Source: an uncultured Gammaproteobacteria bacterium
Lineage (GTDB): Bacteria > Patescibacteriota > Microgenomatia > CAZETR01 > Amesbacteraceae
Reading direction: 5' to 3'
DNA: 64,000 nucleotides
Assembly (NCBI GenBank): GCA_964356225.1
Contig: CAYHGA010000001.1
Span: forward strand, 29,573 to 93,572
Each line of letters opens with the position of its first letter. Positions within the stretch are counted from its first letter, which is position 1. Shown here piece after piece: positions 1 to 9,634 of the stretch. The position numbers and the translations under genes were made by a program. A model generated the notes under the pieces. The model was given only the letters and a program-made list of their open reading frames with translations, did not search any database and had not been told where the DNA came from.

Positions 1-134
1 ATAGTTTCCGGCTTGGTGACTTCACCGTGGGACCAGGTTTTTATAATATCGGGGGAAGCCAGCTTAATTTGCAGACTGGTAAAGTCGAGGATGTTTTTGA
101 ACGAATCTTGATGGTCTATAGGTTTGGTGGTCAT
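1..134 (-). CDS. rpoC: DNA-directed RNA polymerase subunit beta' (N-terminal fragment, runs off the window)
   Basis: Minus-strand translation from 134 gives [45 protein letters not shown], the conserved beta' N-terminus. The ATG overlaps the rpoB TGA stop (ATGA). Confidence 0.85.
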   Translation of the reverse strand, partial: MTTKPIDHQDSFKNILDFTSLQIKLASPDIIKTWSHGEVTKPET

Positions 135-3100
135 ATTTGAACTGGAACCGCGGTTTCTTCCGCGATGGGGGCTACTTTAAGCTGAACTCCCTGGGGAATA
201 ACTTGCAGACCTAAACTTTGAAGTTCTTTGACCAGGACGTTGAAAGATTCCGGGACTGAAGAACTGGGAATTTCCGTGCCTTTAACGATGGCCTCAAAGG
301 CTTTGGCCCGGCCGACAACATCGTCAGATTTAATGGTTAACATTTCCTGAAGAGTGGCGGCGGCTTTGTGGGCCTCCAGACCCCAGACTTCCATCTCTCC
401 GAGACGCTGGCCACCCATTTGGGCTTTACCTCCCAGGGGCTGTTGGGTGATTAGAGAATATGGACCGGTGGAGCGGGCATGAGTTTTATCCTCCACCATG
501 TGGGACAGTTTGAGAATGTAGCCAATACCAACTACAGTGGGCTGTTCATACGGAAGCCCTGTCCGGCCATCAATAAGAGTGGCTTTGCCGGAAACCGGTA
601 AACCGGCTTGGGTTAAGCTTTGAGCAATCTGGTCTTCGGAAACTCTTTCAAAAACCGGAACTGCAACTTTTTGGCCCAGCTTGGACATAGCCCAACCCAA
701 GCGAGCTTCCAAAAGCTGACCCAAGTTCATACGAGCTAAAACAGATAAAGGGGAAATCATGATGTCGACAGTGGTGCCGTCAGCCAGATGAGGCATGTCT
801 GCGACGGGGACAATTTTGCTGATGACGCCTTTGTTACCGTGACGGCCGGCGAGCTTATCACCGACGGTGATTTTTCTGATCTGGGCTACTTTAGTAATGA
901 CCCGTTTATGGGTGCCTGGAGGAAGTTCGTCTCCGGTGTCGCGATCGAGAATCTGAATGTCTACCACAATTCCCCGCTCGCCGTGAGGCATGCGGAGTGA
1001 GGTGTCGCGGACGTCGCGGGCTTTTTCCCCAAAAATGGCCCGGAGCAAGCGCTCTTCGGCCGAAAGTTCGGTTTCTCCCTTGGGAGCAATTTTTCCCACT
1101 AAAATGTCGTTGGGGCGGACTTCGGAACCGACGGTAACAATGCCGCCTTCGTCAAGATTGGCCAGATAGATTTCGCCAACATTGGGAATGTCGCGAGTTA
1201 ACTCTTCCGGTCCAAGTTTAGTATCCACTACGTCGGCTTCGTATTCTTCGATATGAATAGAGGTTAACAAGTCTTGAGTGACCAGCTTGTCGGAGATAAC
1301 TATGGCGTCTTCGTAACCTAACCCGTCAAAAGAAGTGTAGGCAATTACCAGATTTTGTCCTAAGGATAATTCTCCGCTGTCGGTAGCTGGTCCGTCGGCC
1401 AATAAAGTACCAGGGATAACTTTTTGTCCGGTAGTAACAACCGGTATTTGGTTGTAACAAGTGCTGTGAGAAGTGCGTTTGAATTTAGTGAGATTATAAG
1501 TCTGCAAATCTCCCTTAAATGAGATGGTTTCGGTGCTGGGAGGAAGAGGAGATTTTTTGGCTAGTTTGACAACAATTTTTTGAGCGTCGACGTAGGTAAC
1601 GACACCAGGAAGAGTGGCGTAGACGGCCCAATTCATAGCGGCGGCAACATCTTTTTCCATGCCAGTACCAACTACCGGGGCGGAGGGGCGGAGAAGAGGT
1701 ACGGCCTGGGATTGCATGTTGCTGCCCATGAGAGCCCGGTTGGCGGCGTCGTTGGCCAGGAAGGGAATTAGGGAAGCAGAGGTGCCGACTACCTGGCGGG
1801 CGACTACGTCTACAAAATCCACTTGGGAGGACGGTCCTTCTGTAAAAATGTTAGCGTGGCGAATGGGCAGCCATTCGTCCAAAATATAGCCCTTGGCGTC
1901 AAGTTGCAGGTCTGAATAGGAAATTTTATATTGTTCCTCGTCGTCCGCAGTCAAATAAACGATTTCATCGGTCACATGGCGCTTAACCACCCGGCGATAC
2001 GGAGCTTCTAAAAATCCATATTCGTTAACCCGGGAATACAAGGATAAGTACGTAATTAAGCCGATGTTTGGCCCTTCCGGAGAACGGACCGGGTCGATAC
2101 GGCTATATTGGGAGGCGTTGATGTCGCGGATGCTGAAAGAGGCCCGTTCGCGAGTAAGACCGCCGGGGCCGAAAACAGATAAACGGCGAAGGTGGTCTAT
2201 TTCGGATAAGGGATTGGTCTGATCTAAAATTTGGGAGAGCTGGGAGCTTCTAAAAAATTGATTGATGGCGGAAATGACCGGCCGGGCGTTAACCAACTGG
2301 GTAGGACTGACCAGCTCCTCGGTGGAAACTAAACTCATTTTTTCGCGGATGGCCCTCTCTAAACGCAGAAGTCCTTCACGCAGGGCAGTTGCGGCTACCA
2401 GCTCACCTACCCGGCGGATGCGGCGGTTGGCCAGGTGGTCGATATCGTCGGTTTTGCCCGTGCCTTGAGAGAGGCCGATCAGGTATTTGATAGTGGAGAC
2501 TAAGTCGTCGCGGGTCAGAACCCGGGAGTCGGAAACCGTGGCCAGACGCTTGTTGATTTTGTAGCGGCCGACTGTTCCCAGATCGTAGCGGCGGGGATTA
2601 AAAAACAAATCATAAAGAAGTTTTTGGGCGTTTTCTAAGACAATGGGTTCTCCGGGGCGCATTTTTTTATAAATCTCGATCAGGGCTTCTTCGACAGTTT
2701 TAGTGGTATCTTTGGCAACGGTGGCTTCTAAACCGAAAGGGAAGAGTTCGTCAGACAAACCCATGGCCCGGAGAATGGTGGTAGCTAAAAATTTGCGGCG
2801 GCGATCGACACGGATAGAAATTACGTCAGTTTTGGAGATTTCAAATTCCAGCCACGTGCCCCGAATCGGCCGTAGTTCTGCCGTGTATAGAAGCTTACCG
2901 GTAGCTGCGTCTAGCTCGGAGCCGAAGTAGACGCCAGGGGAACGAACTATCTGATTAACGACCGCCCGTTCGACGCCGTTAATAATAAATGTGCCCTGGG
3001 GAGTCATCTGAGGAATATCCCCTAAAAAAACCTCCGAGAGGCTAGTTTTGTTGGTTTGCTTGTTGAGAAGCTTGGTATGGATACGGAGAGCGGAAGAATA

Positions 3101-3340
3101 AGTCAGACCTTTGCGCTCGGCCTGGAGTGGAGAGAGAGTAGGTTTCTCGACGGAATATTGACCAAACTCCAGCAGCCAGTTTTTACCCGTAAAATCTTCG
3201 ATGGGGGAAATTTCGGCAATAGCTTCTCCAATGCCGACACTAATAAACCACTGCCATGAATCGAGTTGGATCCGGGTCAAATTGAGGGGAGGTAGGCGGG
3301 CGGATTCCTGTCCCCAGATAAGACGGTGAGATACTGGCAT
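131..3340 (-). CDS. rpoB: DNA-directed RNA polymerase subunit beta
   Basis: 1069-aa ORF. N-terminus and the RpoB signature blocks (GNKGV, PSRMNIGQ-like, C-terminal clamp) are recognisable throughout. Confidence 0.95.
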   Translation of the reverse strand: MPVSHRLIWGQESARLPPLNLTRIQLDSWQWFISVGIGEAIAEISPIEDFTGKNWLLEFGQYSVEKPTLSPLQAERKGLTYSSALRIHTKLLNKQTNKTSLSEVFLGDIPQMTPQGTFIINGVERAVVNQIVRSPGVYFGSELDAATGKLLYTAELRPIRGTWLEFEISKTDVISIRVDRRRKFLATTILRAMGLSDELFPFGLEATVAKDTTKTVEEALIEIYKKMRPGEPIVLENAQKLLYDLFFNPRRYDLGTVGRYKINKRLATVSDSRVLTRDDLVSTIKYLIGLSQGTGKTDDIDHLANRRIRRVGELVAATALREGLLRLERAIREKMSLVSTEELVSPTQLVNARPVISAINQFFRSSQLSQILDQTNPLSEIDHLRRLSVFGPGGLTRERASFSIRDINASQYSRIDPVRSPEGPNIGLITYLSLYSRVNEYGFLEAPYRRVVKRHVTDEIVYLTADDEEQYKISYSDLQLDAKGYILDEWLPIRHANIFTEGPSSQVDFVDVVARQVVGTSASLIPFLANDAANRALMGSNMQSQAVPLLRPSAPVVGTGMEKDVAAAMNWAVYATLPGVVTYVDAQKIVVKLAKKSPLPPSTETISFKGDLQTYNLTKFKRTSHSTCYNQIPVVTTGQKVIPGTLLADGPATDSGELSLGQNLVIAYTSFDGLGYEDAIVISDKLVTQDLLTSIHIEEYEADVVDTKLGPEELTRDIPNVGEIYLANLDEGGIVTVGSEVRPNDILVGKIAPKGETELSAEERLLRAIFGEKARDVRDTSLRMPHGERGIVVDIQILDRDTGDELPPGTHKRVITKVAQIRKITVGDKLAGRHGNKGVISKIVPVADMPHLADGTTVDIMISPLSVLARMNLGQLLEARLGWAMSKLGQKVAVPVFERVSEDQIAQSLTQAGLPVSGKATLIDGRTGLPYEQPTVVGIGYILKLSHMVEDKTHARSTGPYSLITQQPLGGKAQMGGQRLGEMEVWGLEAHKAAATLQEMLTIKSDDVVGRAKAFEAIVKGTEIPSSSVPESFNVLVKELQSLGLQVIPQGVQLKVAPIAEETAVPVQI

Positions 3341-3412
3341 TTGCTTCCCTGTAGCGCAAAAAGCCCCTCCGGTATCTCTACCGCTTGGGGTTTCTAAGCT
3401 GAGTCGACTTTA

Positions 3413-4420
3413 TCAGCGGGTCAGATATTTGTCAATATTCAAATTGTGTTCCTCTATTGTGGCAGCGAAATGAGTGGTGCCGTCGGGGGCGTGCAGGTAA
3501 AACCAATAAGGTGTGTTTTGGGGATGGCGGGCGGCTTCAATTGAAGCTAAGCCGGGGTTGGCGATGGGAGTAGGCGGCAGGCCGGTATGGATGTAAGTAT
3601 TATAAAGAGAGGGATAGCGGGTATCGGTGACGGGGGACCAGTCGCCATAAGCATATTGAACAGTGGCGTCTATTTGAAGAGGCCAACCAGCTTTGAGGCG
3701 TTTGAGAAGAATTCCGGCTACGATGGGACGATCGACGGCTGTTTTGGTCTCCCGTTCGACTAAGGAAGCCAAGATGAGAGTGCTGGTATCAATGGGGCCA
3801 ATTTTACGATTAAAGGTGGTGGTCATGGTGTTTACGATATCCGCAGGAGCGGCATAGGTAGGAATGAGGTAGGTATCAGGAAAAAGACGGCCTTCGAGGG
3901 TGGCGGTGAGAGATAAAAAATTGGCGGTCTCAAAATTTTCTAAGCTGGAAGCCAGGCGGGCGGCAATTTGTTCCCGGCGCCAGCCTTCAGGAAAAGTCAC
4001 CCAGATATCCCGGGGGCCGGATGTTAAAGAGGTGAGAAGATTTTTGAGATCGGTGGTGGGGGAAAGAAGGTAGGTGCCGGGTTTGATTTTTTTGTCCAAA
4101 CCGGAAAACACAAAATATATTTTGGCTACCTGGGGAGAGCGGATAAATTTTTGTTCAAATAGGGCTTGAGAGATGGCCGAAGCTGATTGATTGGAAGCAA
4201 TGATAAACGGGCGGGTTTGGTCAGAAGCGGGATTTAGAGGAGAAAGCTGGCGGGTCCACCAGACAAAGCCCAAAAGCGATGTTAAAGCGAGAAGGACGAA
4301 CAAACTGGCCAGGAGTTTCACCACCCTAGACCTCCTCGAACAAGGCCCGACGGTATTTGCCAGTTTCTGTTTCTTTGATAAAAATGCGGCCGCATTTTTT
4401 ACACACGATTTTGGTGCCAC
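3413..4420 (-). CDS. mltG: Endolytic murein transglycosylase MltG/YceG family
   Basis: YceG-like blocks are present: FPEGWR, LVERE, YNTY..GLPPTPI.NPG. The N-terminal TM is LLASLFVLLALTSLLGFVWW. The true start is probably an internal GTG near 4324, just after the upstream zinc-ribbon gene stop. Confidence 0.8.
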   Translation of the reverse strand: MAPKSCVKNAAAFLSKKQKLANTVGPCSRRSRVVKLLASLFVLLALTSLLGFVWWTRQLSPLNPASDQTRPFIIASNQSASAISQALFEQKFIRSPQVAKIYFVFSGLDKKIKPGTYLLSPTTDLKNLLTSLTSGPRDIWVTFPEGWRREQIAARLASSLENFETANFLSLTATLEGRLFPDTYLIPTYAAPADIVNTMTTTFNRKIGPIDTSTLILASLVERETKTAVDRPIVAGILLKRLKAGWPLQIDATVQYAYGDWSPVTDTRYPSLYNTYIHTGLPPTPIANPGLASIEAARHPQNTPYWFYLHAPDGTTHFAATIEEHNLNIDKYLTR

Positions 4421-4562
4421 TGGTGTGCTTTACGGACTTGCCGAGAACCAGATCTGTGCCGCAGCCTACACAACGGCCCTGGGAGAGAAGCCAAGCTTGG
4501 ACCGGAGCAATGACGTTTTTAAACATCAAGGTGACTTTAACTGTTTTACAGTTTTGAGTCAA
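4326..4562 (-). CDS. Small zinc-ribbon protein (CxxC-17-CxxC)
   Basis: 66–78 aa ORF between ruvX and mltG with CVGCG...CKKCG. The likely start is the ATG of MFKNV near 4526. This is the position occupied by a small conserved protein in the Firmicute-type alaS–ruvX–mltG neighbourhood. Confidence 0.55.
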   Translation of the reverse strand: MTQNCKTVKVTLMFKNVIAPVQAWLLSQGRCVGCGTDLVLGKSVKHTSGTKIVCKKCGRIFIKETETGKYRRALFEEV

Positions 4563-4896
4563 GCCAACCTTGCAAAATGACGGCGGCGGAGACTGCGTGT
4601 TCAGAAAGACGGCGTTTTTTTTGCGAGGTGTGTAATAAAGATTGGCGGGCGTCGTGAGATGAAAGAGTTTCGTCGGCTTGATGTACGACTGCTAAATCAG
4701 ATAATTTATCCAAAAAAATTTCCGGACAGTCCCCGACTACAATGCTGTCGATATTATGTTCATTAATCAATAGTTTAATTGACTGAAGTGCTTTTTCGGT
4801 TTTGATAGTTGTTAAAGGTTCGGCTAACGGCCCGGTGGCCAACGCCACTCCGGTCCTAACCGCTCCATAATCAATCCCCAAGTAATTCATACACAA
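4546..4896 (-). CDS. ruvX: Holliday-junction resolvase-like RNase YqgF/RuvX
   Basis: N-terminal GIDYGAVRTGVALA motif (YqgF family); about 115 aa. Confidence 0.85.
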   Translation of the reverse strand: MCMNYLGIDYGAVRTGVALATGPLAEPLTTIKTEKALQSIKLLINEHNIDSIVVGDCPEIFLDKLSDLAVVHQADETLSSHDARQSLLHTSQKKRRLSEHAVSAAVILQGWLDSKL

Positions 4897-4936
4897 ATTA
4901 TACTCTATAAGTTATTAGTAACTCACCCCCATCCCC

Positions 4937-4961
4937 TCTCTTAATCTAAGAGAGGGGCGTT
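4937..4961. terminator. Perfect 11-bp stem / 3-nt loop hairpin (CCCCTCTCTTA-ATC-TAAGAGAGGGG)
   Basis: Read directly from the sequence. It lies in the 188-nt gap between the sortase stop and the ruvX start, with a T-rich tract on the plus side. Confidence 0.5.
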
Positions 4962-5003
4962 ACTTTTAATTTACTAATCCAGCACGGGCAGTAACTAGTG
5001 AAA

Positions 5004-5025
5004 TCCCACCTGAAAGGTGGAATCG
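5004..5025. repeat. Hairpin motif aatcccacctgaaaggtgg, copy 1
   Basis: Stem CCACC/GGTGG with loop TGAAA. The same 19-nt motif recurs at 51697..51722. Confidence 0.5.
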
Positions 5026-5056
5026 ATACCAGCTTATTAAGCGCTGGAGAAAATAA

Positions 5057-5081
5057 TGTTCCACCTAAGAGGTGGAACATA
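5057..5081. terminator. Perfect 11-bp stem / 3-nt loop hairpin (ATGTTCCACCT-AAG-AGGTGGAACAT)
   Basis: Read directly. It sits immediately 3' of the sortase stop on the minus strand. Confidence 0.5.
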
Positions 5082-5084
5082 CAA

Positions 5085-5735
5085 TTAATTTACCAGTTCG
5101 GCGCGGGCGACGAAGCGGCGGAGGTAGGTGCCCAGGGGGACGCAAGTGATAAGGGTGAGCTCGTTTTTATCATAGCGCTGGGCCAGGACTTCGATTTGGG
5201 AAGGGTCGACTTCGGTAGTGTTGCGCACTACATATTTATAGGTCACGCCGTCGTATTGGATGGTAATGGCATCGCCGACTTTAATTTTGGGGAGAGGATT
5301 AAAAATGGAAATGGGGTCATTAGGTTTGTAGAGAGCGGGTAAAGTAGAATGGCCAAAAATAACGGTGTTGCCATAATCTCCAGGAAGGGCCGTGCCAGAA
5401 AAGTGAATGGCATTTTTTTTCAAATCTGTGCCATTGATTTCTACAGGAACATCGCGAAGACCGAGCTTGGGTATAGATAGTGTGTAGTAGCGGACGCGGC
5501 TGACAGTGGGAGTAGAACTGGAAGCAGGAAACCAGGTGGTGGATTGAGTGTAATCTGGAGTGGTGATTCCTAAAACGCTGGCGACAAAAGGTACCGGAAC
5601 CAGGGCAACAGCAGTGGGATCTAAGAGGCGGGGACGAAGACTGAAACTCAACTGAGAAAGGCCAATGGGAACGATGACGCTGACAAGGAGAACTAAACCC
5701 ACTACTACAAGAGAGAGGGAGAGAAAACGGCGCAT
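5085..5735 (-). CDS. Sortase-family transpeptidase
   Basis: N-terminal signal anchor. Catalytic His (IFGHST), TLITC active-site Cys motif and a downstream Arg. 216 aa. Confidence 0.8.
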   Translation of the reverse strand: MRRFLSLSLVVVGLVLLVSVIVPIGLSQLSFSLRPRLLDPTAVALVPVPFVASVLGITTPDYTQSTTWFPASSSTPTVSRVRYYTLSIPKLGLRDVPVEINGTDLKKNAIHFSGTALPGDYGNTVIFGHSTLPALYKPNDPISIFNPLPKIKVGDAITIQYDGVTYKYVVRNTTEVDPSQIEVLAQRYDKNELTLITCVPLGTYLRRFVARAELVN

Positions 5736-7819
5736 TATTTTAGAGAACGGACGGAGACAGTAATGTGCTTAGACAAGCGGGGCAGTGTGGCTATAAAGGC
5801 GGGAAGCCGGGGAGAAATCAGAATATCAATCTGACCGACAGCGGGTAAGGATTGGAGATATTCTTTAGCCCGAACCGGATATTTGCCAGCTATGTCTTTG
5901 GCGATTTGGGCTGTGTCTACTTGAGGCAGAAGCTGGGCAGTCACCCGGACCTGAAAAGTGACGGTGTTTTTGTCGGCTTTTTTAACAGTCATGCTTTGGG
6001 AGACGTCGGTATCAAAAACATAACCTGTGGGAATTTGCGGATTGACCTGGGCATCAACAATAGACTGGAGGTCTGATTTAGAGACCACCAGTCCGCGGGC
6101 TGTGGCCGAGAGTTTAAGAGAGACGTTGTCTGCCTCTTCCTCTACTTTGTGACTAAAGTTTTCGGACGTTGACTGAAGACTAATTGATTCGGTGATAAGC
6201 TGCTGATCGGCGCTTACTTTTTGGGTGAGCTGATCCCGGCCAAGGTTTTTTAAAGTGTCGGTCAAATCAGAACGGAGCTTGGCGACGTCGTCTTTGGCAA
6301 CTACTTTGGCTTGGCGGCTGGTGCCGCCAGAAATCGCGGCTTCGTTCTTAGCCGCAGTTTCGTTTTCAGCATAAGTGCCGACTTTAAAAACTGTTCCTGC
6401 GGACAGATTAGAGTCCCCTCCAATCTGGACTGCGGTGATCTTGGCGACGGCCTTGGCAGGTTGGAGATTAAAAACATCGCCGCTTCCCGAGGCCACAGTA
6501 ATCGTTTCGTCTAGAACAAACTTCAACCCGGAAGGAGAGGTAAGAATGGTTCCGGCGGGAAGGGAGCGGGCTGTTTTGACATTGTTGGCAACAGAGACGG
6601 CTCCGGTAGCCTTGTCACCCACCAATTTGGATCCGGTGGTGGGGACGGATTTTTCGGCAGATACGGCAGTCTCTAAATTATCTGCAGGTAAATCCTTTCC
6701 ACCTGCTATTAATTCAAACTGGTGCTCCAGATTTTTGGGGGTGACAAACAGGATAACTTCAGCTTTGGGTAAGTACCAGTAAGCTGCGCCCAATCCGCCG
6801 ACGATGGCAAGAAACGCAAACACAGAAACGAGCGCCAGTGCAGAAAAATTGAGGTGAATTTTTGGCAAGTGAATTGCGGGAAATTTAAACTTGGGTTTGG
6901 GTGGGAGAACTACCGGAACAGGTTCCGGTTCTGGGGGAGGCGGAGGTGAAGATTGGACGGCTATATCTAGATCCTGAACAAAGCCTAGATCTGCGGCTGA
7001 ATGGGTAGATTCGGAAGGGACCTCTGTTTCGGCTTCATTAGGATTAATAAGACCGGTGGCCCGGGCGACTTCTGACCCGCCGGAAAGGGCGATGGCCCGG
7101 ATGCTGAAATCAGCGGGTAAAATCTCTACCTTGGGGAAATGAAGGAAAGGTAGATGTTTTTGGGGAGACTGCCAGGGATGAGCTAAAAGCAGTTGCTTGA
7201 TTTCTTCCAGATCTATGCCGGAATCGTACAAAAGCATGCGGGAAGGAAGCATGTCTATATCGGAAAAACGGGAAAGGCCTTCGACTACATCGTCGGCCAA
7301 ATGAGAACTTTTTTGCACCAGATGAGTACCGTCAATTTTGCCTAATCTGACCAGAGTAATTTCCAATGCATGCGGCCAAAACCCAATGAGGATAATGGTG
7401 GGGGGAACGCCTTCGGTGGATTGGAGATATTTGGTAGCAGCTTCGGGAGTAACTACAAATCCTACCGGGACTAAATCCAATTTTTCGGAGAGGGCCTTAA
7501 GGAGATGAAGCTGGGAAGAAGAAATCTTGTCTACCCCAACCCAATCGGCAGGCAGACCAAAGATAACTTTGTGAATTTCTACTTTACCGGAGGGGTCGAG
7601 ATGGGAAGACGCGTCGGAGAGGGCGGCGTCGGCGGCAGTGATAAGAGAGTTTTCGGCTTTATCATCCCATGGCTGGTTGCTACTGACAGCCAAGACCTGG
7701 GGTTTGTCGTTGATGACTGACCAGACAGCGCTTTTGACTAAACCATGATCGATTTCTAAAGCGAAAAAATATTCCCGGGAAGATGAGTTTTCGTTTTTTT
7801 TAAGAAAGGGCAGTTGCAT
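5735..7819 (-). CDS. Membrane protein with an N-terminal actin-like (FtsA/PilM-like) domain, a Pro-rich linker, one TM helix and a large extracytoplasmic C-terminal domain
   Basis: FFALEIDHG and ILIGFWPHALEITLVRLG resemble the phosphate-1 and phosphate-2 motifs of the FtsA/PilM fold. PPPPPEPEPVPVVLPPKPK is followed by the hydrophobic stretch ALALVSVFAFLAIVGGLGAAYWY. Its stop overlaps the sortase start by 1 nt. Confidence 0.4.
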   Translation of the reverse strand: MQLPFLKKNENSSSREYFFALEIDHGLVKSAVWSVINDKPQVLAVSSNQPWDDKAENSLITAADAALSDASSHLDPSGKVEIHKVIFGLPADWVGVDKISSSQLHLLKALSEKLDLVPVGFVVTPEAATKYLQSTEGVPPTIILIGFWPHALEITLVRLGKIDGTHLVQKSSHLADDVVEGLSRFSDIDMLPSRMLLYDSGIDLEEIKQLLLAHPWQSPQKHLPFLHFPKVEILPADFSIRAIALSGGSEVARATGLINPNEAETEVPSESTHSAADLGFVQDLDIAVQSSPPPPPEPEPVPVVLPPKPKFKFPAIHLPKIHLNFSALALVSVFAFLAIVGGLGAAYWYLPKAEVILFVTPKNLEHQFELIAGGKDLPADNLETAVSAEKSVPTTGSKLVGDKATGAVSVANNVKTARSLPAGTILTSPSGLKFVLDETITVASGSGDVFNLQPAKAVAKITAVQIGGDSNLSAGTVFKVGTYAENETAAKNEAAISGGTSRQAKVVAKDDVAKLRSDLTDTLKNLGRDQLTQKVSADQQLITESISLQSTSENFSHKVEEEADNVSLKLSATARGLVVSKSDLQSIVDAQVNPQIPTGYVFDTDVSQSMTVKKADKNTVTFQVRVTAQLLPQVDTAQIAKDIAGKYPVRAKEYLQSLPAVGQIDILISPRLPAFIATLPRLSKHITVSVRSLK

Positions 7820-9551
7820 AGATGCGGCGGACGCCAGCCGATACCGCTTCCTGGCGGGTTATCTTTATCCTACCAATTTCCCCCGTGGATTGCACATGAG
7901 GACCGCCGCACAGCTCTTTGGAAAAGTCGCCGATAGTGTAAACAGAAGTCATTTCCGGGTATTTTTCCGGGAAAAAGGCCATGGCGCCTTCGGCCAAAGC
8001 TTGAGATTTTTGCATTTCTTTTCTTGATACTGGAATATTGGCATCAATTTTTTCGTTTATTAAATCCTGAACTTTTTTAATTTCTTCTTCAGAAAGTTTT
8101 TGGGGATGCAAAAAATCAAACCGCAATCTCTCTGCTGTAATATTGCTGCCCTTTTGGGAAACGTGAGCTCCTAATACTTGACGTAGAGCTGCGTGCAGTA
8201 AATGAGTGGCGGTATGATATTTGGTAGCTATTTCAGAGTGATCTACTAATCCCCCCTTAAACATTCCCGCCGAAGCCGTACGTGAGAGTTCTTGGTGTTT
8301 ATTAAATTCTTTTTGAAATTCTGACCGATTAATTTCATTTCCTTTTTCTTTAGCTAATTCAGCTGTCAATTCCCAGGGGAAACCGAATGTTTGAAATAGA
8401 TCGAAAGCGATTTTGCCATCAACCAATTTTAATTTATTAAACTCTCTTAATCCGCGATCTAAAGTTTTTTCAAATTTACCAATTTCTTCTTGAAGGATAC
8501 GATGTATAAGAGATTTGTGGGTTAATAATTCTGGATAAAGCGGTGACATTAGGGAAACAAATACGTCGACGAGGTCGCTGGCGGCAGAAACATAAGATTT
8601 AATTCCCAATCTGTTTAATTGAAGTGTCGCCCGGCGAATGAGCCGCCGGAGAATATACCCCCGCTCTTTATTTGAGGGAGTTACGCTGTCACAAATTACA
8701 AATGCGGTGGCTCGGATATGATCAGCAATAATACGAAAAGATTTTTCATTTCTTAAATATTGCCGGTTTGAAAGTTGAGAAATTTTTTGAATTGCGGGCT
8801 GCCAAAGTTCGGTCAGATAGTCATCGTCTAGTCCGTTAACCACAGCTAGTGTTCGTTCCAATCCCATACCAGTGTCGACATTGGGTTGGGGAAGTTTTTC
8901 AAATTCACCCTTGGCATTTTTGTTGTATTGCATAAAGACATCGTTCCAAATTTCGGAAAAGCGGCCACAAGAACAGCCAGGTTTGCAACCTGGTCCGTGA
9001 GGTTTTTGGGTTATATCGTAATACATTTCAGTGTCTGGGCCACACGGGCCGGTAGCTCCAACTGGTCCCCACCAATTGTCTTTTTTAGGATAAAAGAAAA
9101 TTCTCTCATCGGGAATTCCCAGAGATTTCCAGATTTCGGCTGACTCGATATCTTTGGGCGCATCTTGATCCCCAGCAAAGCAGGTAATGTAAATTCTGTT
9201 GGGATCCAAATTTAACTCCTTGGTAAGAAACTCGTAGGACCAGGCAATGGCCTCTTTCTTGAAATAGTCTCCCAAAGACCAGTTACCCAACATCTCAAAA
9301 AAGGTGTGGTGAATTGTATCCCCTACCTCATCGATATCATCAGTGCGCAAACATTTTTGGACATCAACAAGTCGTTTTCCGGCTGGGTGGAGTTGGCCTA
9401 AAAGATATGGGACCAGAGGGTGCATGCCAGCGGTGGTAAAAAGAACCGAGGGATCGTTTTCGGGAACCAGGGGGGCGGAGGGAACTTCTACGTGTCCCCG
9501 GTCTTTAAAAAACTTCAGATATTTTTGCCTAATTTCGTTGGCTGTAATCAT
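7800..9551 (-). CDS. alaS: Alanine--tRNA ligase (short form: catalytic, tRNA-binding and editing domains, no C-Ala domain)
   Basis: AlaRS N-terminal blocks (EIRQKYLKFF..GH, LFTTAGM) and the editing-domain HxxxH (HTATHLLHAAL). 583 aa. Confidence 0.88.
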   Translation of the reverse strand: MITANEIRQKYLKFFKDRGHVEVPSAPLVPENDPSVLFTTAGMHPLVPYLLGQLHPAGKRLVDVQKCLRTDDIDEVGDTIHHTFFEMLGNWSLGDYFKKEAIAWSYEFLTKELNLDPNRIYITCFAGDQDAPKDIESAEIWKSLGIPDERIFFYPKKDNWWGPVGATGPCGPDTEMYYDITQKPHGPGCKPGCSCGRFSEIWNDVFMQYNKNAKGEFEKLPQPNVDTGMGLERTLAVVNGLDDDYLTELWQPAIQKISQLSNRQYLRNEKSFRIIADHIRATAFVICDSVTPSNKERGYILRRLIRRATLQLNRLGIKSYVSAASDLVDVFVSLMSPLYPELLTHKSLIHRILQEEIGKFEKTLDRGLREFNKLKLVDGKIAFDLFQTFGFPWELTAELAKEKGNEINRSEFQKEFNKHQELSRTASAGMFKGGLVDHSEIATKYHTATHLLHAALRQVLGAHVSQKGSNITAERLRFDFLHPQKLSEEEIKKVQDLINEKIDANIPVSRKEMQKSQALAEGAMAFFPEKYPEMTSVYTIGDFSKELCGGPHVQSTGEIGRIKITRQEAVSAGVRRIYATALS

Positions 9552-9634
9552 ACCCCTATTTTACATCAACGCTCCCAATAACTCCCTCTTACTCTCCGCA
9601 TAGCTTAATGAATAACTATGATTAGATTTACTAA

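Noticed and set aside
788-3259. Several plus-strand ORFs of 60–76 aa inside rpoB
   Set aside because: They are antisense to a strongly supported rpoB reading frame and have no motifs. Shadow ORFs.
4300-4390. Apparent frameshift in the mltG N-terminus on hand reading (one base fewer near 4320, one extra A near 4381)
   Set aside because: The supplied ORF track gives intact, mutually consistent translations on both strands here. This is most likely my own character-counting error, so no pseudogene is called.
4191-4580. Plus-strand 129-aa ORF overlapping the mltG 5' end and the zinc-ribbon gene
   Set aside because: It is antisense to two co-directional genes with recognisable products. Low-complexity translation.
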